Shown piece by piece: positions 21,953-32,148 of a stretch of DNA of 64,000 nucleotides (the first letter of the stretch is position 1; each line of letters starts with the position of its first letter). Both the position numbers and the translations under genes were made by a program. The stretch is taken from positions 1 to 64,000 of the IMG/VR virus record IMGVR_UViG_3300030104_004245, one strand, 5' to 3'. Source of the stretch: a virus. The notes beneath the pieces are model-generated. The model saw only the letters and a program-made list of their open reading frames with translations, was not told the origin of the DNA and did not search any database.

Positions 21953-23068
21953 TTATATATTCCAATATTGTTCAACTTTTCTCATAACATAAGCTAATAC
22001 CTCATCATTCAATGGACTCTTTAAAAACTCTAATGCATCTTCCATAGTTCTACCTATAAGAGCATGTGAGTCAGTATAAATTTTTCCATCAGATTTAGAA
22101 ACTATTATACCATAATAATTTGCATCTTTTAGTATAGCTTTTAATTTTAAATCTTCCATATTTTCCCTAGATGCATCTATAAATGTTTTAGCTGCTCTAA
22201 CAAAATTACTTTCACTACCTTCACCATCTATAAATAAATCCATATTTTCATAAACAACATCATTTGGTGTTGAATGATTATATTCGCTACTATTTACATC
22301 AACAACTTTTGCAACATAAAATAATTTTGTAGGATTTGTATCATACAAATTTTGTAATGCTGCAACAGCTTTATTTCTTAATTTAACAAGTTCAGTTCTT
22401 GTGCCAGCTGTTTCTTTTACTTCATCTAAATAAAATTTACAACCTGGTCCCTTTTTCTTAGCTGATGCTAAATCTTTTGCACATATAGAAAATCCTCCAG
22501 CTTTAATAGCAAAAAGCTTTATTAAATCATAAGGATCTTTACCTGGATCTAAGAACAAAGGTTCATTACCACATCTTAAACTTATTTTACTCCAGAATTC
22601 ATCATTATTAGGTCTAAGTAATTTAACCTTATTCCAAAACTCTGGATCATCTACTTTAATAACATTAGTTGCTAACATTTTTTCTAACTCTGCAACTGCT
22701 GTTCTAATTTGTCTAACTTTAGCTTCTCTTTCTGCTCTTGGTAATTGTTTTATTTCCGGAGCAAATTCATTTAAGCCAGTTATATATCTTCGTACACCAT
22801 TTACATCTAAACATGTAAGTTGTTCTTCATGATATACATTATCATATAAAGCCATTTTATAGTTTTCTAAACCCATATTTTCTGCACCAGTAATATAAGG
22901 TCTTACAGCTATAGTTTGATCTTTAGTTTGTTGATATTTTTCAATCATTGTAAAATCTTCCATTGAAACTTTTGGTTGTACAGTTTCAAAAGTAGGTTCT
23001 GCAATTGTAATTGTTTCTGCAACTTCTGCTTTTATAGTTGCTTTTTTAGTTGTTTTTTTCTTTGCCAT
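21953..23068 (-). CDS. Conserved crAss-like protein downstream of the major capsid gene
   Basis: 371 aa, helical; syntenic position after MCP. Confidence 0.55.
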   Translation of the reverse strand: MAKKKTTKKATIKAEVAETITIAEPTFETVQPKVSMEDFTMIEKYQQTKDQTIAVRPYITGAENMGLENYKMALYDNVYHEEQLTCLDVNGVRRYITGLNEFAPEIKQLPRAEREAKVRQIRTAVAELEKMLATNVIKVDDPEFWNKVKLLRPNNDEFWSKISLRCGNEPLFLDPGKDPYDLIKLFAIKAGGFSICAKDLASAKKKGPGCKFYLDEVKETAGTRTELVKLRNKAVAALQNLYDTNPTKLFYVAKVVDVNSSEYNHSTPNDVVYENMDLFIDGEGSESNFVRAAKTFIDASRENMEDLKLKAILKDANYYGIIVSKSDGKIYTDSHALIGRTMEDALEFLKSPLNDEVLAYVMRKVEQYWNI

Positions 23069-23114
23069 GATAAGTTTTTTTAAGTTTTTTAAATATAGTT
23101 TTTTTTAAAAATTT

Positions 23115-23141
23115 AAAAGAGGGATGCTAAGATCCCCCTTT
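23115..23141 (-). terminator. Rho-independent terminator after MCP
   Basis: Minus strand AAAGGGGGAT-CTTAGC-ATCCCTCTTTT. Confidence 0.7.
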
Positions 23142-23156
23142 CAAATTCAGTACATA

Positions 23157-24803
23157 TTAGAATGAACCTCCTGTAACAGGATTCTTCATAACTATTTTCA
23201 ATACCTTAGTCGGGTCTTTTACCCATACAGCAGGCATGGTTTGAGTCATATAAACTCTATAGCCATTGAAGTTTCCTGAAGATTGGAATCCTTGAGTTCT
23301 TCCCATATAATCCATAGTTCCATTTTGGTAGAACCATTTCAATTGATTATCCCAAGAAAGTTTCAACAAGTGAATGTTGTCATTTCCTTGATCAGTAATA
23401 TCAAAAATTATAAATGAATAAGAACTTAAAGGTCTTCCGTCTACTAGAGGATTCTCAATATCATTAGTATGTAAGTTATCAAACGCTGGATTCAGTACAA
23501 ATTGTACGTTAGCCAAGAATGGTATTACAAATGAAGTAAATGAAAAGCCATAACCCATATCCATACCAGAGCCTGTAACAGCACCAACATTATCAGCATT
23601 GATAACAAATGGATTTCCACCACCTGTACCACTATTAATCATACTAACATCATCTTTGATAGCTCTGTTAATTAACTGCATACCACCGATACCTGTTTGT
23701 ACAACTAAAGATCTTTTTGGATCTGGACCATCTAATTCAACTTTACCTTGATAGAAGTTATAAAGTTCAGACTTAAACATATCTAGGTTGAATGAAGACT
23801 TGTTGTAAACTCTTTTGTAAGAGTTGTCTAACTGTCTCCAAAGACCAATAGATAATCTAATATCATCTGGACCATCTTGTTTAACTCTACCTCCACGTCC
23901 CCACATTAGGTACGTTTCAATGTCACTTGCAACCTTAGAAAGGTGTGCAGCTTCCATATTAGTAAGGAAAGTTCTAGAAAGATTACCATTGTCAAATGCT
24001 CTTCTTACATAATCAGGACCCATAATTTCTACCATACTTTCTAAGGAAGAAACAGATGGATCTACATCTTGATCAAAAGTTCTCCAAATCTCTGTAACTG
24101 GAATAGAACCGTCAGCATTCATACCTCCTTTGATCATAAGATCTGCTCTAGAAGATACTGAATAATGAACGTGTGCTTCAGCTCCTCCTACAAAGTTGTA
24201 GAATTCTCTGAAACCTGTTCCTGTTGTAAGATCTGAAAATCTTTCACCATATTCACCACGTGCAGAACCTTTTCTGAAGTACTTAGTACCTGCAGCTAAA
24301 TAATCAGCTGACATTACACCTGTTGCAGTATTGTCATTGTTGACTAACTGAACGGTATAAATAAAGCCATCATTAGCTTGAATAATATCATCTGCTGTGA
24401 TATAAAGTTCCTTACCATTGTATTTATCATAAGTGATGATGTCACCATGTCCAAATGCCCTTTTGTTTATTTTTATTCTAAACGTAGTACCATCTAAACC
24501 TAGCTCTGAATCAGCCGCCTCAATATTCTTTACAATGAAAGGAAGGTCTTGTGCAACGGGAGTTTGCCACTTATACTCACCACGAGCATTGTCCACCATA
24601 ATTGTATTCTTTCCACCAAAAGACGCCATTTGATATAAAGGCATTTCTACCTTTTGAGCCATTGCCCATATATCAATTGGACCCATATCCATAGGCTCAA
24701 CGTCTCCTAACATATTTGTTAAGTGATAAGAATCAACATGTGAACTAGCTTTATAGTTAGTATCACGTAGGAAAATCCCATTATTTAAAACTGGAGTTGC
24801 CAT
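23157..24803 (-). CDS. Major capsid protein
   Basis: 548 aa; follows portal and scaffold-like genes; GLWRQL motif; biased codon use and downstream terminator. Confidence 0.85.
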   Translation of the reverse strand: MATPVLNNGIFLRDTNYKASSHVDSYHLTNMLGDVEPMDMGPIDIWAMAQKVEMPLYQMASFGGKNTIMVDNARGEYKWQTPVAQDLPFIVKNIEAADSELGLDGTTFRIKINKRAFGHGDIITYDKYNGKELYITADDIIQANDGFIYTVQLVNNDNTATGVMSADYLAAGTKYFRKGSARGEYGERFSDLTTGTGFREFYNFVGGAEAHVHYSVSSRADLMIKGGMNADGSIPVTEIWRTFDQDVDPSVSSLESMVEIMGPDYVRRAFDNGNLSRTFLTNMEAAHLSKVASDIETYLMWGRGGRVKQDGPDDIRLSIGLWRQLDNSYKRVYNKSSFNLDMFKSELYNFYQGKVELDGPDPKRSLVVQTGIGGMQLINRAIKDDVSMINSGTGGGNPFVINADNVGAVTGSGMDMGYGFSFTSFVIPFLANVQFVLNPAFDNLHTNDIENPLVDGRPLSSYSFIIFDITDQGNDNIHLLKLSWDNQLKWFYQNGTMDYMGRTQGFQSSGNFNGYRVYMTQTMPAVWVKDPTKVLKIVMKNPVTGGSF

Positions 24804-24850
24804 AATTGAAATCTATTTTTAAATTTGTTAAACATTAATTAAACTATATA

Positions 24851-26176
24851 TTAAAATCTCTTAAATATATTTTTATTTGCTCTAGGTAGTGTTCTACCTC
24901 TCTTTGCTGCCTTTTGCTCTTTAACTGGAGTTGTTGCTCCTCCCTTTTGACCTTGGGCAGTTTTAAGTTTTCTAACTGTTTTTTCCACTGCTTTATTTTC
25001 TCCCTTCTGCATGATATTAGATTTATATCCCTTTGGATCAGCTAATAACCACAGTGCTTCAGTTATTAAATTATAATTTGGTTCAACAAACTGATATTTT
25101 TCTAACAGATGTCCAAGCAAATTAGTATTTTCTCCTGTTATAGATGGATAGTTAGGGTTGACTAATCCGTTATATAATAAAGATTGTGTTTTTCTGTCAA
25201 TCTTTGTATCCCCTATCTTACCATCTTTTAATGTATTATATACATTGCTCATATATTTTTCAGATGCTTGTTGTTGTTGTTTCTGTTTCATTTGTTGCTC
25301 TTCCAATCTTTGTGCAACAACTTTTTCTTGCATCTTATCTAATTTTGGTTTAAACTTCATTGCTTGTTTTTCAAGCTTACCTAAGTCTTTCCAAATTTCT
25401 ATTTCTTCTTGTATCTCTTCTGCATTTCCATAACCAGTAGCTCTTAAATAATCACTTATTATTCTTTCTTGTCCCGCTTCTGATTTAGGATCAATCTCTC
25501 TTACTTCTTCAACTTTTGCTAATGCTCCAAATAAACCTTTTAAATCTGTCCCACCATCTGCAACATATCTTGCTGCTATTTGTAATTCTTCAGGTAAACT
25601 ATTGAAGAATTGTTTTGGTGTTTCTCTTCTTACAGCATTAGTTCTTTCTTCCAGATTGGCTTGAATTAATTCTTCCCAATCTTTTGGTGTATATTCATCA
25701 AGAGGTTTTTCATCATCAAAAGGAATAATTTTTTCAGTTTTTATTAATCCTTCAAATACATCTGCAATTCCTTCTATCTTTTTTCTACCTCTTTTTGCAC
25801 CAGTTTCTTCTATTTCTTCTTCTGTTAAACCTAAAACTTTATCAACATCAACATCTGTTGTTTTAGATTTTGATTTTGGTTTAACATTTACAGTTTCAGC
25901 AGCTTTTTCTAAATCCTCTTGTTTAACTTCATCCTTTACAGGCTCTTCTTTTTTTGTAGGAGTTTTTGTTATTTCTTCTACTTTTGGATCTAAAAAACTT
26001 ACATCAACATTTTTCTTTCTAGTAAAAACATTAGGTTTTTTTTCCGGTGTTTCTACATTTGTTTCAGGCAACGTTATGGAATCTGCTCCAGGTGCTGCGT
26101 TGAATATATCATCTAAATTGACATCTACCTTTTCTACTTTAGTATTATCAACAGTTTCAGTTTTATTTTCAGCCAT
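24851..26176 (-). CDS. Putative scaffolding protein
   Basis: Acidic low-complexity N-terminus and coiled coils; lies between portal and MCP. Confidence 0.6.
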   Translation of the reverse strand: MAENKTETVDNTKVEKVDVNLDDIFNAAPGADSITLPETNVETPEKKPNVFTRKKNVDVSFLDPKVEEITKTPTKKEEPVKDEVKQEDLEKAAETVNVKPKSKSKTTDVDVDKVLGLTEEEIEETGAKRGRKKIEGIADVFEGLIKTEKIIPFDDEKPLDEYTPKDWEELIQANLEERTNAVRRETPKQFFNSLPEELQIAARYVADGGTDLKGLFGALAKVEEVREIDPKSEAGQERIISDYLRATGYGNAEEIQEEIEIWKDLGKLEKQAMKFKPKLDKMQEKVVAQRLEEQQMKQKQQQQASEKYMSNVYNTLKDGKIGDTKIDRKTQSLLYNGLVNPNYPSITGENTNLLGHLLEKYQFVEPNYNLITEALWLLADPKGYKSNIMQKGENKAVEKTVRKLKTAQGQKGGATTPVKEQKAAKRGRTLPRANKNIFKRF

Positions 26177-26201
26177 GGTTTTTGGTTTTAATGGTTATAT
26201 A

Positions 26202-26215
26202 TATAATATACAAAA
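26202..26215 (-). promoter_or_regulatory. Putative late promoter TTTTGTATATTATA
   Basis: Exact motif upstream of the scaffold-MCP operon. Confidence 0.6.
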
Positions 26216-26279
26216 GATTTATGAGTAAACCTTAAAAATTTTTTTAAATTTAAAAAATTGTTCTAGTATATAGCTATCA

Positions 26280-29048
26280 CTATTTTTTCTTCTTCTTTTT
26301 ATCTTTTTCTTGTTTTGACTTAACATCATATTTATTTTTATTTTCTCTTGCAATTTGAAGTTGTGTATCTGAAATTTGACGTTGAGTAGTTAATTTTTCT
26401 CTTTCAAGATCTAATTTTTTTGAATCATATGATGACTTTCTAGCACTTTCTTCTCTTTTAAAGTTCATTGTATCCTGATATTCTTCTCTTTTTTGTATAT
26501 CTTGCATTGCATCACGGAAATCACTTTGTTGATTTTGATCAATATCTTGCATTGCTCCATATCCGGATGCTCTAATTTCTGCAACCATAAGATCTTTTTT
26601 ACGTTCAGCTTCATTTTCTTGTTGCTCAAAAGCTCTTTGTTCAGATTTTTCTTTAGCTTGTGCCTCAATTTGTTGTTGTTGCATTTGCTGTTGTTGTTGC
26701 ATTTCTTGTTGTTTTTGAGCTGTTTGTTTATCTTCAGCAGCTTTAAGTATGTTAGATACTTCAGCAATTGAATCAGCTTTAATAAGATTTCCTAGATCAT
26801 AGATACTTGCACCAGAGGTATTATTAGTCATTGCTAATTGTTTTAATTGTTCTAATGTTTGTCTATGATTTGTTTTTGTTGTACAGAAAATATTAAACTC
26901 TCTCATTAATAAATCCGTCCCATTCATTTGAAAATTTACTTTTTCTGCTTCACTAGATATATAATTTAATCTTACACTAGGTTTAGTACTGTGATAGTAT
27001 TGAGAAAGATCTGTTCTCATTTGATGTACTCTAGGCATAAGATTATCTGAATGTTGTATAAAATACATTTCTGTTTGTGAATAAGATGCCTGTACAGCTT
27101 GTTGTACTCCTGTAGCTGTTTGTCTTGCTACTTCTTGTCCTAAACGTTGTGGATTAATACCAATAGCATCAAATGCTTGTTGTTTAAAATGATTAGCTAA
27201 TTGTATTCTAGACATTAATCTTTGTGATTGTTCTAGATTTAAAGTTTGATAATGATTAAAATTTGTAGCATTTTCTGTATTAGTAATTGAAGTATCTAAT
27301 GGTAACATACCAAAATCCTTCATTGCCACATATGCTTTTGCCATATTATTCTTACCCCAATCTTCTCCCATTGAATGACGTGGTAGTGCATTTTGATCAA
27401 ACATAATAACAGTACCAAGTTCATCTACAAGTATATCAGCTATTTGATTATTAACCATATTATAACCAACTTGATATGCTTTCATTAAATCAACTAAAGA
27501 TGTTGATCTAGTATTTCTATCTGAAAATACTCTTCCTTCTACAGGAAGCTTACATCCATATAATGAACTTTCTCCTTTAAATTGAAATTCTAGTTTTCCT
27601 GGTTTACTTTTATTTATTCCAATATATATTGGATTTACTTCAGAAGATGTTTGTCTCCATGTTGCAGGAAGATTAGGACCTATTTTAACACCACCCCATA
27701 CTTCATTAATCCATATCCAATCTATATGTTCTCCAAATACTAAGTTATCTCTTGTTTTTTCTTTAAATAAGCTTGTATTGTATATTGGTTTTTCTGTTAA
27801 CTTAAAATTTTCGTCAACAATTTTTTGAGTCATTTGACCATCTTCATCTAATCTAATTAAATGACCTACTTTTCTTTGACTTTTCCAATATATAGTAGAT
27901 ACCCTTAACATATCTTTTTCTCCCCATATATGTACATCTTCTCCTTCATTCAAAATCCATTTAACTATATCATCTCCTGATCTTACATCATTTTGCCAAA
28001 AGCTAACAAATTGTCTATATCCTAATGAAGGCATTTCTGTATTCCATTTATGTGATTTTGTTGGATCATAAAATGAACCATCATTTTGATATCCTTGAAT
28101 TGGATATTTAGCGTTCTTAGCAGGATATATATTTTGTAATGATCTTAATTGATCTTCTGTCATAAGATATCCAAAGTTATCTACAACATCTGCAACAGTC
28201 ATCATTTCACATTTACCTACGTAATTAGAATCAGATATATATCTTGAGTTAGGAGATTTTTGATAGAATGTTAAAGCTGGATTCCAAAGTTCAACTTCAT
28301 AATCATCTTCTAACATTTTAAAATGCCAAAACTCTCTATCACAAATAAGCATATCTTTAAATGCTCTTTCTTCAAGCTCTTGCATTTTAAATCTTTCTTC
28401 ATCAACTTTCATTTGATGTGATGCCCATTCTTCAACAAGACTTCTATAATCTTTTGAAAAAAATTCTTCTATTTCAGGAAGTGTTTTTAATGATTCAGGA
28501 GCTAATTGTTTTTGAACTTCTTCATTTTGTATATCTGCACCCATAGAATGTAATTTTAATAACATTTTATTACGTGCATCAGATAATAAATTTTCTTCAA
28601 TAAGAGCTCTTTTAGATTCAATCATCTCATTATATGAAAGATCATCAACAGCTCTAAATTGAACTCTGGCAAATCTTTTAGAAAATTCACCTGATAAAAC
28701 ATTAACTACGTTTGGTATTATAGGATAAAATTTTAATTCTAAAGCGGAAGAATCTTCCTTAGTAAGGACATCCATTAAATCTTTATAGTCATTATCTTCT
28801 TCAACTATATAATCTGATTTATCAATAATTCCTTTTGCTAGTTTATAATTTTTTAAAATTTTTCTAGCATTATGTCTTAAGTAATCTAAACCTTGAACTT
28901 CTAACCAATCTAAATTCCATGCAGCCCAATCATCATTTTTTTTCTTTGCAGAAATAAATTGCATAGGTTGCGTTAAGCTAGCACTAGAAGGATAAGCTTT
29001 ATCCGCTTTAGCACCTTTCTTCATTTGTAAGGCATTTAGTACTCTCAT
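26280..29048 (-). CDS. Portal protein
   Basis: 922 aa after TerL; YPIIPNVVNVLSGE, WIWINEVWGG and GINPQRLG motifs; Q-rich coiled-coil C-terminus. Confidence 0.85.
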   Translation of the reverse strand: MRVLNALQMKKGAKADKAYPSSASLTQPMQFISAKKKNDDWAAWNLDWLEVQGLDYLRHNARKILKNYKLAKGIIDKSDYIVEEDNDYKDLMDVLTKEDSSALELKFYPIIPNVVNVLSGEFSKRFARVQFRAVDDLSYNEMIESKRALIEENLLSDARNKMLLKLHSMGADIQNEEVQKQLAPESLKTLPEIEEFFSKDYRSLVEEWASHQMKVDEERFKMQELEERAFKDMLICDREFWHFKMLEDDYEVELWNPALTFYQKSPNSRYISDSNYVGKCEMMTVADVVDNFGYLMTEDQLRSLQNIYPAKNAKYPIQGYQNDGSFYDPTKSHKWNTEMPSLGYRQFVSFWQNDVRSGDDIVKWILNEGEDVHIWGEKDMLRVSTIYWKSQRKVGHLIRLDEDGQMTQKIVDENFKLTEKPIYNTSLFKEKTRDNLVFGEHIDWIWINEVWGGVKIGPNLPATWRQTSSEVNPIYIGINKSKPGKLEFQFKGESSLYGCKLPVEGRVFSDRNTRSTSLVDLMKAYQVGYNMVNNQIADILVDELGTVIMFDQNALPRHSMGEDWGKNNMAKAYVAMKDFGMLPLDTSITNTENATNFNHYQTLNLEQSQRLMSRIQLANHFKQQAFDAIGINPQRLGQEVARQTATGVQQAVQASYSQTEMYFIQHSDNLMPRVHQMRTDLSQYYHSTKPSVRLNYISSEAEKVNFQMNGTDLLMREFNIFCTTKTNHRQTLEQLKQLAMTNNTSGASIYDLGNLIKADSIAEVSNILKAAEDKQTAQKQQEMQQQQQMQQQQIEAQAKEKSEQRAFEQQENEAERKKDLMVAEIRASGYGAMQDIDQNQQSDFRDAMQDIQKREEYQDTMNFKREESARKSSYDSKKLDLEREKLTTQRQISDTQLQIARENKNKYDVKSKQEKDKKKKKK

Positions 29049-29052
29049 GTTT

Positions 29053-29154
29053 TTATTTCTTTATAATATACTTAATTGATACTTTTCCATACGTAGATAT
29101 AGTATGCCAAGATGGAATATAACTTGTTGATGTAGTTGTCCAGTAATTATTCAT
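29053..29154 (-). CDS. Small hypothetical peptide (33 aa) between TerL and portal
   Basis: MNNYWTTTSTSYIPSWHTISTYGKVSIKYIIKK*; ATG directly after the TerL stop, ends 4 nt before the portal ATG. Confidence 0.5.
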   Translation of the reverse strand: MNNYWTTTSTSYIPSWHTISTYGKVSIKYIIKK

Positions 29155-31344
29155 TTATTTGATATTTTTAAAGGGAGAACTCCTTTTTTTCTTCTCAAAT
29201 AGCTTTTTACGCCTACCTAAGTTTTTAAAAGGTCTCATATTTAATTTATACATTTTTTGTGATTTTTCCAAGTTATCCTTAGACTTATCCTCTTCTTTAC
29301 GCTTAATATAACCTCTATTGGCTTGTTGAAGCTTTGCAAATGCTATTAATGCAGAAAACGCTACAAGTCTATCCACGTTTAAACCTGGGAAGTATTGCAT
29401 CATTTCTGTTAGTAACATTTTATCAGGAATTCTTTCAACTCCTAGTTTTCTTTTTATCACTTCTCCATCTTTATCTGTTTCTTGATCTATCTCTTCTCTA
29501 AGAAACTCAATAGCATAAGATACTAAGTGATTTTTAAATAGTGTACCTGTATTTTTCCAACCATATTCTTGAAATACATTTGAATTAGATCCTAAGTCTT
29601 TTAAGAATACAATCTGTTGTTTTGGAACTAAATACTTTTGTTTTTTTCTAGCAATCATATGTTGAATAAAAAGAGATATGTTATTCTCTACTAAAGTCCA
29701 AGCATTATACCATTCTATAATTAATTCTAATTGTTCGTGTGTTTTATTTATATCATCATATCTACCACACCATGCAGCTACAATTTTATCACCTTCAACA
29801 AAAGTTTCTAAACCATCTGATGTTTCTCTTGTTATTTCTACGGGATTTTTATAAACAAATATGCTACATAAAGAATCTGATGTTGTTGTTTTACCTTCTG
29901 ACACAGGGTCAATAGATGCATAATACATACTAAAGTTTGGATCCTTTACTGGTTTTTCCCATACAACTAATGATCCTGTTTTATCCTCTCTTTTTTTATT
30001 TACAGGAAATTCAGATATAGGTAGCTTGTCTGTTTTACTAGCTTTAATTCCTTTATCTGTTCTTTCTAATTTTACAAACTCATAAGCATATTCCTTTTCA
30101 TCAATTCTTTTAAGTTGTTGTGATATTACAGCTTGAGGAAATATTGCTTCTTTTCTATAGGCAAAAGCTTCTGCAATATCTATAGGTTTCTGAGAAATTC
30201 TTAATTGATATTGTTCTGGTGTTAAATCTTTTTTCCATTGGGCTCTTTCTTCCTTTATAGAGTTTAATGCTTGCTGTAATAAAGAATTTCCATAATCATC
30301 TATATATGGAGGCATTGACCATTGTTCTGGTATAAATAAACCGCATTTACCTATAGTTCCTTTATCATCCATTAGGTTTGTTTCTACAGCATATATATCA
30401 TTTCCTTCAGGATTTAATATCATTTGTTTTAATGGTTCGCATTGATCAAGATCACCTACTGATCCTGCAGCAATAAACATACCAGTAGTTATCATACCTG
30501 ATGTCATTGCAGGTCTAATATACTCAAATGTTTGATCCATTTTAGGAGCAATACCAGCCTCTTCATGAAAGAAATAAGTACAAGGTCCACCAACACCTGT
30601 TGTTGGATTCTTTTCAAAAGAAGCACCTTGTATTTTAGACATAAGACCTTTATTAGTTTTTCTATTGTTTATTCTAACTTCAATTTTTTGTTCCCATAAT
30701 AAAACCTTTTCTGGAGTACAAGGTCTATACCAAGCAGTATGTTCATTAAGAAATGTTTTATATTCATCTAAAAATTTCCATGAACCTTTATCATTTATAT
30801 AGTCTTTAAGTGATGCACCTATTTTACATATAGATCCCTCTTCAAACCAAAATTGATTTAATACTTTAGCCATATGAAAATAAGAAGAAGCTATCTGACG
30901 TTTTTTAAGAATAGCCACATGTCTATGATGTAGTTCAGCTAACAGTTCATATAATGCCATATGATATTGTGCATCTCTAACTTTAGCAAATCCATACTTT
31001 TTTTCTTCTTTATCAAAGATTGGTAAAAAGTTTAACCACATATAGTAATCTCTAGTTAAATACCATACTTGTTTTTTACCTATATATATTACACCTTCTC
31101 TACATTTTTCTTTTTCAAAATTCCAATATTTAATATAGTCTTTAGATCTAAAAGGTTTATTACAATAAAAACCTTGATCATTAAATATTCTAGCCTGTTC
31201 ATTAAACAGCAGAGCAGTACCATCAAATTGATACTGCCCTGGTTCTATAAAGATTGTAAGAAGAAAATCTATAAAGTCATCTTTAGTTTTAAATTCTCTA
31301 TAAGACCATTCTCCATCTTTGTATGTAGGAATTTTTTTATACAT
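29155..31344 (-). CDS. terL: Terminase large subunit
   Basis: Walker A-like LKKRQIASSY, Walker B FFHEEAG, RNase H-like nuclease motif ASIDPV, C-terminal NVDR. Confidence 0.9.
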   Translation of the reverse strand: MYKKIPTYKDGEWSYREFKTKDDFIDFLLTIFIEPGQYQFDGTALLFNEQARIFNDQGFYCNKPFRSKDYIKYWNFEKEKCREGVIYIGKKQVWYLTRDYYMWLNFLPIFDKEEKKYGFAKVRDAQYHMALYELLAELHHRHVAILKKRQIASSYFHMAKVLNQFWFEEGSICKIGASLKDYINDKGSWKFLDEYKTFLNEHTAWYRPCTPEKVLLWEQKIEVRINNRKTNKGLMSKIQGASFEKNPTTGVGGPCTYFFHEEAGIAPKMDQTFEYIRPAMTSGMITTGMFIAAGSVGDLDQCEPLKQMILNPEGNDIYAVETNLMDDKGTIGKCGLFIPEQWSMPPYIDDYGNSLLQQALNSIKEERAQWKKDLTPEQYQLRISQKPIDIAEAFAYRKEAIFPQAVISQQLKRIDEKEYAYEFVKLERTDKGIKASKTDKLPISEFPVNKKREDKTGSLVVWEKPVKDPNFSMYYASIDPVSEGKTTTSDSLCSIFVYKNPVEITRETSDGLETFVEGDKIVAAWCGRYDDINKTHEQLELIIEWYNAWTLVENNISLFIQHMIARKKQKYLVPKQQIVFLKDLGSNSNVFQEYGWKNTGTLFKNHLVSYAIEFLREEIDQETDKDGEVIKRKLGVERIPDKMLLTEMMQYFPGLNVDRLVAFSALIAFAKLQQANRGYIKRKEEDKSKDNLEKSQKMYKLNMRPFKNLGRRKKLFEKKKRSSPFKNIK

Positions 31345-31612
31345 CTTTTATTTTAGCAATAATAGTAGAATCAGAAAGAACTAAATGTAATTCATCTTCA
31401 TGCATAAATTCAATTTCATCAGTCATAGCCATAAGCCATCTAACTGTATCTCCTATTTGAAGTTCTTTTGTAACTTCGTCTCCTCTAGCTACAATAACTC
31501 CTTGTGGAGGTTGTTTCTGTTGTGATTCAGGAAGATATATCCCACCTTTAGTAGTTGTCTTCTTTTCTACTGGTTTTACTAAAACCTTTTTTCCAATTGG
31601 TATTACTTGCAT
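31337..31612 (-). CDS. groES: GroES/Cpn10-like co-chaperonin
   Basis: 'PIGKKVLVKP..KTTTKGGIYLPES...GVIVARG...IGDTV...IIAKI' Cpn10 pattern. Confidence 0.85.
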   Translation of the reverse strand: MQVIPIGKKVLVKPVEKKTTTKGGIYLPESQQKQPPQGVIVARGDEVTKELQIGDTVRWLMAMTDEIEFMHEDELHLVLSDSTIIAKIKDV

Positions 31613-31629
31613 AGTTTTAAAATTTAAAT

Positions 31630-32148
31630 TTATAATTGATCATAAGCTAAACCCTGACCACCGCGGACAGAGCTTTGTTGTTCATTTTTCATATCAGTAT
31701 ATGCTCCTTTAAAGGATTGTCTTATTTGATCAAACTTAGCAGCAGTATTAACTAATGCAGTTAAATTACCATCTCTACCATGATCAATAGCTGTAGTTTC
31801 CATATACCTTGCTAGTCTATCTAGCATACTTTTTATTCCCTTATATGCTCTATATGTTGGAGTTTCATATAATTCTTTACATGTATCTATAGCATGCCTT
31901 ATAGCTCCATCTTCTGATGATTCTTCAAATCCTATTTCTTCTATAATAAGATCTTCTTTTTCATGTTCAGGAAGATTAAAAAAAGGATTTAAATCAGGGT
32001 CAGGACATGTCATATAAAATACATATTGGTATACAGATAAATATGTATCTGGATATTTTTCCATAATATTTTTTAAAGACTTTAATGTGTAACAATGTTC
32101 ACTAGGAACAACCTTACCATTTTGTATATCAAATAATTTTATTAGCAT
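31630..32148 (-). CDS. Conserved hypothetical protein (possible small terminase)
   Basis: 172 aa, helical, upstream of TerL. Confidence 0.45.
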   Translation of the reverse strand: MLIKLFDIQNGKVVPSEHCYTLKSLKNIMEKYPDTYLSVYQYVFYMTCPDPDLNPFFNLPEHEKEDLIIEEIGFEESSEDGAIRHAIDTCKELYETPTYRAYKGIKSMLDRLARYMETTAIDHGRDGNLTALVNTAAKFDQIRQSFKGAYTDMKNEQQSSVRGGQGLAYDQL

